Positions 23,751-32,364 of a stretch of DNA of 32,364 bases are shown one piece after another (position 1 is the first letter of the stretch; each line of letters starts with the position of its first letter). The DNA comes from Macrostomum lignano (lineage: Eukaryota). The DNA is taken from NCBI GenBank assembly GCA_002269645.1, contig NIVC01002736.1, positions 1 to 32,364 on the forward strand, written 5' to 3'. Under the pieces are notes generated by a model. That model ran no database searches, was not told the DNA's origin, and saw only the letters and a program-made list of their open reading frames with translations. The translations under genes and the position numbers were made by a program.

Positions 23751-25102
23751 TACAGTGTGCATCTTATTGCTCGTAATTCTTGTGTTGGGGAGGCACGGCT
23801 GTAATATCATTCGAGCTATATTAGTTTGGGACTTGCGACTTGGGACTTCAAATTTTGTTAGTCACATCCACGGCTGCCACATTTTGTCTTCCCTCTCTTT
23901 CCTTCCTCCTATGCGGAGTTTTTGTTTGGGATAATTTCCCCTATTTCTCTCCCCACTCTTGCTCATGTTTATTTTTATCCCATATACATGGTTGCGTACG
24001 GTTCTGTTAGAAAGCTGCATTCCCAATGGACGACTCCCCTGTCACTGGGCACTGCATGACGTAGCCACTCGAATGTCTCTGAAGTCATCTCGTCTCACTG
24101 TTCTTTCCAAAGAGGCTCCCTGTAGATATATATTATTATTGCTACTGTCTACTCAAGGACTCAATGGTCTGTTCTGTCAAGACTCAAGAAGCAAAGTTAC
24201 GAGATAAATCTAGAAATTCAGTAGATTTAGTCAGTTGACTGACAAACATCTGACTGCAGCGATTAATTAATTATTTACATTCAGTTTGGGATGGATCAGT
24301 TTCTCTTAGACCTCCTGCTGTCATTTTTTATTTCTCAAAATCAGCTTTAAGAGCTAATCGCCAATCAAAAAATCCGCTAGCTAGTATGACAGTGACTTGT
24401 CTTTGTGATACAGTTTTTGTATTGAGTTGTCTTATATAGAGCTCAACAGGGTTTTTGCTCATCCAGTCGTGGTATAATCATGCCTCTACTCAGTAGCCAC
24501 TCTAATAATCCCAAATCCCCAATGCCCCAATCCCCAGAGCTCGTTCGTTAATATCATAAAAAGAGGATGATGACATTAGTGAGTCTTTGTGCTTCACGGC
24601 GACCCATGTTTTTATGTTCTTGACTCTCTCGGTCTAAGCCCACCTAAGTCTTTATTCCTATTTTGGGGATGGATTTTGATTGCCAAATTATTATCCAATT
24701 AGTCATCCCCACTGTCAACCCAAGACTGCCTCAAAAAGCTTTATTTACATGCGGATTTGTAGATGATATTTCCAGTTCGTATAACGCAAAACAATTCTTC
24801 AGAACAGAAGCAACAGGAAAATTGGAATCTGTTCATTTCTATGTTAATTTATGCATTTATTGAAACGATTTCTGGCTCGCTGCTTGTACTTGTATGAGGT
24901 GATTATTGGATAATTCTCGTGTGACAGGACTGTTGGATTTGGCATTTGACGTTGAAGATTTAATGCTGTAGGGAATTAATTGCATTAGATATTAGTAATG
25001 ATTTCGAATCAGACATACGCGTTTCATGCATATAGGAACTTTTGAGAGTTGTACTTTGCTTAGAACACCCTACACGACATAAATTTATAATGAAATAAAT
25101 GT

Positions 25103-26880
25103 AAGATTCTAGATCCCAGTTCCCAGTTCTCAGATCCTAGATCCCAGATCCTAGATCCCAGATCCTAGATCCCAGATCCTAGATCCCAGATCCTAGATCC
25201 CAGATCCTAGATCCCAGATCCTAGATCCCAGATCCTAGATCCCAGATCCTAGATCCCAGATCCTAGATCCCAGATCCTAGATCCCAGATCCTAGATCCCA
25301 GATCCTAGATCCCAGATCCTAGATCCCAGATCCTAGATCCCAGATCCTAGATCCCAGATCCTAGATCCCAGATCCTAGATCCCAGATCCTAGATCCCAGA
25401 TCCTAGATCCCAGATCCTAGATCCCAGATCCTAGATCCCAGATCCTAGATCCCAGATCCTAGATCCCAGATCCTAGATCCCAGATCCTAGATCCCAGATC
25501 CTACATGTAGATCCCAGATCCTAGATCCCAGATCCTAGATCCCAGATCCTAGATCCCAGATCCTAGATCCCAGATCCTAGATCCCAGATCCTAGATCCCA
25601 GATCCTAGATCCCAGATCCTAGATCCTAGATCCTAGATCCCAGATCCTAGATCCCAGATCCTAGATCCCAGATCCTAGATCCCAGATCCTAGATCCCAGA
25701 TCCTAGATCCCAGATCCTAGATCCCAGATCCTAGATCCCAGATCCTAGATCCCAGATCCTAGATCCCAGATCCTAGATCCCAGATCCTAGATCCCAGATC
25801 CTAGATCCCAGATCCTAGATCCCAGATCCTAGATCCCAGATCCTAGATCCCAGATCCTAGATCCCAGATCCTAGATCCCAGATCCTAGATCCCAGATCCT
25901 AGATCCCAGATCCTAGATCCCAGATCCTAGATCCCAGATCCTAGATCCCAGATCCTAGATCCCAGATCCTAGATCCCAGATCCTAGATCCCAGATCCTAG
26001 ATCCCAGATCCTAGATCCCAGATCCTAGATCCCAGATCCTAGATCCCAGATCCTAGATCCCAGATCCTAGATCCCAGATCCTAGATCCCAGATCCTAGAT
26101 CCCAGATCCTAGATCCCAGATCCTAGATCCCAGATCCTAGATCCCAGATCCTAGATCCCAGATCCTAGATCCCAGATCCTAGATCCCAGATCCTAGATCC
26201 CAGATCCTAGATCCCAGATCCTAGATCCCAGATCCTAGATCCCAGATCCTAGATCCCAGATCCTAGATCCCAGATCCTAGATCCCAGATCCTAGATCCCA
26301 GATCCTAGATCCCAGATCCTAGATCCCAGATCCTAGATCCCAGATCCTAGATCCCAGATCCTAGATCCCAGATCCTAGATCCCAGATCCTAGATCCCAGA
26401 TCCTAGATCCCAGATCCTAGATCCCAGATCCTAGATCCCAGATCCTAGATCCCAGATCCTAGATCCCAGATCCTAGATCCCAGATCCTAGATCCCAGATC
26501 CTAGATCCCAGATCCTAGATCCCAGATCCTAGATCCCAGATCCTAGATCCCAGATCCTAGATCCCAGATCCTAGATCCCAGATCCTAGATCCCAGATCCT
26601 AGATCCCAGATCCTAGATCCCAGATCCTACATGTAGATCCCAGATCCTAGATCCCAGATCCTAGATCCCAGATCCTAGATCCCAGATCCTAGATCCCAGA
26701 TCCTAGATCCCAGATCCTAGATCCCAGATCCTAGATCCCAGATCCTAGATCCCAGATCCTAGATCCCAGATCCTAGATCCCAGATCCTAGATCCCAGATC
26801 CTAGATCCCAGATCCTAGATCCCAGATCCTAGATCCCAGATCCTAGATCCCAGATCCTAGATCCCAGATCCTGGATCCAG
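25103..26880. repeat. 14-bp satellite (GATCCCAGATCCTA), ~126 copies, highly homogeneous
   Basis: Direct; only a few internal variants. Confidence 0.98.
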
Positions 26881-26899
26881 AAGACAAGGCATCTTCCAG

Positions 26900-26966
26900 A
26901 TTTCTTTTTCAACTCTGACACCATAGAGTGGAAGGTTCCACGGCAAAAATTGCACATACTTATCGA
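26900..26966 (+). CDS. Candidate exon (DFFFNSDTIEWKVPRQKLHILI)
   Basis: CATCTTCCAG acceptor, GA|GTCAGT donor, phase 1-to-2, followed by a 57-nt intron-like segment. Confidence 0.28.
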
Positions 26967-27023
26967 GTCAGTCCCGGAATTTTAATTGTCCCACTGTCAC
27001 TGACCTACTGCTAAAATTACTAG

Positions 27024-27063
27024 GTATTCTTTCACATCGCTTGCCTGGTGCCTGGTAGCCTCG
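27024..27063 (+). CDS. Candidate exon (YSFTSLAWCLVAS), first half of a possible TM helix
   Basis: TACTAG acceptor, CG|GTAACC donor, phase 2-to-0. Confidence 0.28.
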
Positions 27064-27499
27064 GTAACCCTCACTTTTGAACTTTGGATTCTACGGCGCT
27101 TAAAGGGGGCCGTGGCATCAAATTTAATTTACGATGGGCAACTGCCATTCTTTCTGCTGCAATTGCATTGTTAGTATCATTTAGTAACATCGGCTCTTCG
27201 AAATCCATTGCTGTCTATAAATCTTTCGTTTAAGCTTAACGCGTTGCTACAAGCTTTAACCTCCTTAAGAATACACTGAACAAGGCTGCGGAGTTCCCCA
27301 TTGCTTTGGGAAGACAGCTGGGAACCTAATTAATAATATCAACCTTTGTTATGTTGTGATGAAGCCCCTGGATCTATAATATCCATAGCATTTGAAGAGT
27401 TAGTTAAGATTCGATCTGGCAACTTGTTGGGGATGGAATAACATAATTTCAATTGAAAGGAAGTAGAGAAGATGGGTTTTGAATTTGAGGACTGAGAAA

Positions 27500-27905
27500 A
27501 CCTAGGATCTAGGATCGTTATCTGAAAATCCGATTTTGGGATTTAGATCGTTATTTGAAAAATCCTATTTTTAGGATTTGGGATGGATGATCGTTATTTG
27601 TAACATCCGATTTTGTGATTTGGGATCTGGGATTGTTATTTGCAAAATCCGGTGTTGGGATTTGGGATCTTTGATCGTTATTTGTAAAATCTAATTTTGG
27701 GATTTGGGATTGTTATTTGCTAAATCTGATTTTGGGATTTGGGATCTGGGATTGTTATTTGCTAAATCCGATTTTTGGATCTGGGATCAGTATTAGAATT
27801 TGGGGTAAGAGTTTTTATTTTGGTCTCTGCGATAAGTTTAAAAGTGGAAAAACGAATTCTGCGATTTGGGATCTAGATTTGGGATCTGGATTTGGGATCT
27901 GGATT
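27500..27905. repeat. Degenerate 34-41-bp GGGATCT/GGGATTT-rich minisatellite
   Basis: Recurrent GATCGTTATTTG..AATCCGATTTTGGGATTTGGGATCT blocks. Confidence 0.85.
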
Positions 27906-28034
27906 TGGACATTACACATACATGCTGAAGTATAGCTCGCCAATTAGTAGTCTTGATCTGTTATCAGCATTGCGAAAACAACAGAGTTTAGCCATATTTT
28001 GGCATCTAAAATGCAAATCCCAATATTAATTTAG

Positions 28035-28292
28035 GTTGCCATCCTCACCGCAGCCTCAGCATTCTGTATCGCGACTTCCATCTTTAAACATTTCGCAAAA
28101 AGACACACCCAAACAAAAGTTCCAATATCCATTCGTCACAGCCGCACAAAGACCGTCGCTGCCCCGCCTCCACCGCCCCCCACCACCCCAGCGCTCGTGT
28201 CGTCAAGCTTGAAAAACGATTTGTCACAATTTCTGCTTTCGCAACAGCAGAAATCCCTTATACGAGATCCGCATGATCGCCTGACCGCTTAG
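28035..28292 (+). CDS. Candidate terminal exon (85 aa): hydrophobic segment, basic stop-transfer residues, polyproline tail
   Basis: ATTAATTTAG acceptor, then VAILTAASAFCIATSIF-KHFAKRH...APPPPPPTTP...DRLTA*; not in the ORF track because it lacks a start codon. Confidence 0.35.
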   Translation, partial: VAILTAASAFCIATSIFKHFAKRHTQTKVPISIRHSRTKTVAAPPPPPPTTPALVSSSLKNDLSQFLLSQQQKSLIRDPHDRLTA

Positions 28293-28529
28293 ATGCTGGA
28301 TCCTATGGTTCGCGTCCCATAGCGAAACCGCTTGCATGGCAACAGGAAAAGAATGATGGGTAGCAGGCCTTGGTTGCGGGACCGATTCCTTGTCACCACC
28401 ACCGGGGCGTGTCAGCTGAGACGGGGGGGGGGTGGGCATCACGCTACCTGGAAGGTGGGGAGTGGGGATATTTGTCGCTAGGCTTTCGAATTGCCTTGGA
28501 TTTTGCTTAGTTTAACCATGGAACTTGGA

Positions 28530-29897
28530 GGGAGATAGGGGGAGAGGGATATAAGAAGCGTAGAGGGGATGGGGGTGGAGAGGGAGATAAGAAGAGTAGA
28601 GGGGGATGGGGAGTGGAGAGGGATATAAGAAGAGTAGAGGGGGATGGGGAGTGGAGAGGGATATAAGAAGAGTAGAGGGGGATGGGGAGTGGAGAGGAAT
28701 ATAAGAAGAGTAGAGGGGGATGGGGAGTGGAGAAGGGATGGGGAGTGGAGAGGGGATGGGGGAGTGGAGAGGGAGATCGGGGGAGTGGAGAGGGAGATAA
28801 GAAGAGTAGAGGGGGATGGGGAGTGGAGATGGATATAAGAAGAGTAGAGGGGGATGGGGAGTGGAGAGGGATATAAGAAGAGTAGAGGGGGATGGGGAGT
28901 GGAGAGGAATATAAGAAGAGTAGAGGGGGATGGGGAGTGGAGAAGGGATGGGGAGTGGAGAGGGTGATGGGGGAGTGGAGAGGGGGATCGGGGGAGTGGA
29001 GAGGGATATAAGAAGAGTAGAGGGGGATGGGGAGTGGAGAAGGGATGGGAGTGGAGAGGGGGATGGGGAGTGGAGAGGGGGATGGGGGAGTGACTAGGGA
29101 GATCGGGGGAGTGACTAGGGAGATCGGGGGAGTGGAGAGGGAGATAAGAAGAGTAGAGGGGGATGGGGAGTGGAGAGGGGGATGGGGAGTGGAGAGGAGG
29201 ATGGGGAGTGGAGAGGGATATAAGAAGAGTAGAGGGGGATCGGGGGAGTGACTAGGGAGATCGGGGGAGTGGAGAGGGAGATCGGGGGAGTGGAGAGGGA
29301 GATCGGGGGAGTGGAGAGGGAGATAAGAAGAGTAAAGAGGGGGATGGGGGAGTGGAGAGGGGGATCGGGGGAGTGACTAGGGAGATCGGGGGAGTGGAGA
29401 GGGAGATCGGGGGAGTGGAGAGGGAGATAAGAAGAGTAAAGAGGGGGATGGGGAGTGGAGAGGGAGATCGGGGGAGTGAATAGGGAGATCGAGGGAGTGA
29501 ATAGGGAGACAGGAGTAAAGAGGGAGACCGAAGTGAATATGGAGACAGGAGTGGAGAGGGAGACAGGAGTGGAAAGGGAGACAGGAGTGGAGAGGGAGAT
29601 CGGGGGAGTGAATAGGGAGATCGAGGGAGTGAATAGGGAGACAGGAGTAAAGAGGGAGACCGAAGTGAATATGGAGACAGGAGTGGAGAGGGAGACAGGA
29701 GTGGAAAGGGAGACAGGAGTGGAGAGGGAGATCGGGGGAGTGGATAGGGAGATCGGGGGAAGTGGATAGGGAGATCGGGGGAGTGGATAGGGAGATCGGG
29801 GGAAGTGGATAGGGAGATCAGGGGAGTGGATAGGGAGATCGGGGGAGTGTATAGGGAGATCGGGGGAGTGGAGAGGGAGATTGGGGGAGTGGAGTGG
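28530..29897. repeat. Purine-rich compound minisatellite (GGGGAGTGGAGAGGGAGAT core, several sub-arrays)
   Basis: Direct; unit composition changes along the array. Confidence 0.95.
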
Positions 29898-30715
29898 AGC
29901 TAAGAAGTAAGCACAGACTTAACATGTATACAAAAGAGTTATCTTCAAAATGAGCAACATCGGCTTTGGCCCAAGACCACTATATTTCTTTTTTCGGGCA
30001 CTGTTGACAACCCGAAATTAGCACGGGCTAACAAACAAAGCCGTACTTGTCTGGCGCCGTCAACAGTCCTTGAAAGTGTCGGTCCAGACGACCTCAAAAA
30101 AGCTACTGAAGAATGACAGAGTGGCCCGGGTCCCGGGACTTTGCGCTTTTTGCTTTCACTGTCCGACTTTTATTTTTGTCCGGGGGACAGGGTGGGTGAC
30201 AAAAGTCCCAAACCTTCCTGGCCTCTTCAAAGACAGTTTGACAAAGTGAAAGAAGTGAAAAGTAGGGCGGGGCATTTTATTTAACATAAACTGTATATAA
30301 TGCGTTAGAAATGACTGCGTCAGCTTATGAATTCGCTGCGCCCACAGCTGCAAAACGGAATTAGAAAAATGTAGAACCCGGATAGAGAGGAGACACAGAC
30401 AGACCGCATAGAAGGCAAGAATGTCCGCCCAATATATAGAGAAGGAAATCCGTTGGAACACCAAATTGATGGATTGCTCTTAGTCATGCTTTACTACTGC
30501 ATGTAGTAAAGGGCTAGAAGGGTCCCGTCGGCCTGCTTTGAGGCGCTGGCGCAATGGGACTTGACGTTTCGTTAGGCAGGCATTTCAACATATGCATCAT
30601 GACTGGACGGACTGAATACCAAGTGTGTATCGAAGGTGTTAGTAACTGTTTAGTTAGGTCCTCTCGGACACCGGCCGCATAACCGCCTGTTGATTCACGA
30701 ATTGATATCCGATCC

Positions 30716-30790
30716 GATTGATCCCATATCCTAGATCCCACATGCTAGATCCCACATGCTGGATCCCACATGCTGGATCCCACGTGCTGG
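30716..30790. repeat. Short 14-bp GATCCCACATGCT(A/G) array
   Basis: About 5 copies; variant of the GATCCCA family. Confidence 0.8.
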
Positions 30791-30840
30791 ATAACACATC
30801 CTAGATGGCAAATCCCAAGATAGTAGGTCCTAAATTAAAA

Positions 30841-31563
30841 GATCCCAGATCCTAGTTCCCAGATCCTAGTTCCCAAATCCCATATCTTTGTTACTAATTC
30901 CTGATCCTAATTCCCAGATCTCAGATCCTAGATTCCAGATCTCAGATCCTAGATTCCAGATCTCAGATCCTAGATTCCAGATCTCAGATCCTAGATTCCA
31001 GATCTCAGATCCTAGATTCCAGATCTCAGATCCTAGATTCCAGATCTCAGATCCTAGATTCCAGATCTCAGATCCTAGATTCCAGATCTCAGATCCTAGA
31101 TTCCAGATCTCAGATCCTAGATTCCAGATCTCAGATCCTAGATTCCAGATCTCAGATCCTAGATTCCAGATCTCAGATCCTAGATTCCAGATCTCAGATC
31201 CTAGATTCCAGATCTCAGATCCTAGATTCCAGATCTCAGATCCTAGATTCCAGATCTCAGATCCTAGATTCCAGATCTCAGATCCTAGATTCCAGATCTC
31301 AGATCCCAGATCCTAGTTTCCATATCTCAGATCTCAGATCCTAGTTCCCAGATCCCAGATCCTAGATTCCAGATCTCAGATCTTAGATTCCAGATCTCAG
31401 ATCCTAGATTCCAGATCTCAGATCCTTAGATTCCAGATCTCAGATCCTAGATTCCAGATCTCAGATCCCAGCTCCTAGTTTCCATATCTCAGATCTCAGA
31501 TCCTAGTTCCCAGATCCCAGATCCTTGTTCCCAGATCCCAGATCCTTGTTCCCAGATTTCAGA
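30841..31563. repeat. 21-bp satellite (GATTCCA-GATCTCA-GATCCTA), ~19 pure copies plus degenerate flanks
   Basis: Direct; source of the QISDPRF pseudo-ORF. Confidence 0.97.
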
Positions 31564-32364
31564 TCCAATTCGTTAGTCAGTTAAGTAAAATATTTAACCT
31601 GAACTAGCTTTCGAAACCGGAATTTCGCGTTCCGTATTTCCGTGTCCCATTTATATATGAATATTTATTCAGTTCACTTGGCAGTGCAGAAAAAGTGGTT
31701 CTGAGGTTCAGCTGCTACCAAGCAACCCGAACGGACATGGGCCATTCTTGAACGAGTGCGATTGCACTCTGAAGTAAACTGTATGCAGAAGTTCCTCTTC
31801 AGCTTCGGCCTACAATTGAGTTAGGGTCATCCCCAATTCCCAAAATCTATTAGGGATTCAAGTTTGACTAGTCTATAAATCCTTTTAACCCGAAAAACTT
31901 CTCCCTTCCCCCAGTCTTTCCCCTCTCTGTCGGAATCCACTTTCTTCTTTCGGTATTAAATCTGGGGATAAGGGGATTCAGTTAGAGATTTGTTTATACG
32001 AAACCGAAGCCTGACATATCTTCGGTTTATGTATGCCAAAGCCCAAATAGTCCGCCTCCATTCCCAGCCACTCCCATTTCTGGATCGGAACCGGTGTGTT
32101 TTGTTTGACACGGTGGATCCCAGCATCAGCAGCAGATTGTTGAGCAAACAAACCTCTTTTATTTTTTGTCTCTCTCGGGTCGCTCGCTTGCTTGATTTCG
32201 AATTAAGAGAAATTTCAGCCAAGATTTTGTCATATCTATCTGTCAGGGCAATTTCTGTATGCCTCTGGCGCGACTCTGCCTGTATGGGGAAAGGATTAAG
32301 GATTACTGAAGCCTACTATAACTGTGGGAGGGCACCAGAGCCAGAGGGGTGTGAGAGTACCGGA

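Noticed and set aside
30000-30067. 9-bp inverted repeat ACTGTTGAC...GTCAACAGT
   Set aside because: Short, 50-nt spacer, no evident TSD; compatible with chance.

Overview
Eukaryotic (metazoan, probably invertebrate) genomic DNA. I found no prokaryote-style genes, CRISPR array, rRNA or intact tRNA. Bases 1-2799 are a nested retroelement block. A decayed RNase H-containing non-LTR retrotransposon (LOA/Lian-like: RT end, RNase H, CCHC knuckle, structured 3' UTR, short tandem tail) abuts and truncates the gag of an oppositely oriented Gypsy LTR element, whose 5' LTR and tRNA-Ser-type PBS are intact. The remaining ~29.5 kb alternates short unique islands with about 20 different micro- and minisatellite arrays (units of 4-39 bp, roughly half the window). 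Nearly all long ORFs in the track are repeat artefacts. The unique islands contain candidate small exons. Best supported is a + strand gene with a CCAAT/TATA/Inr promoter (~17815-17915), a signal-peptide exon (18363-18438) and possibly a TM plus proline-rich tail near 26900-28292. Gene models are manual, unverified and match no protein I recognise. The satellite-dense architecture is reminiscent of genomes such as the flatworm Macrostomum, but that is only an impression.
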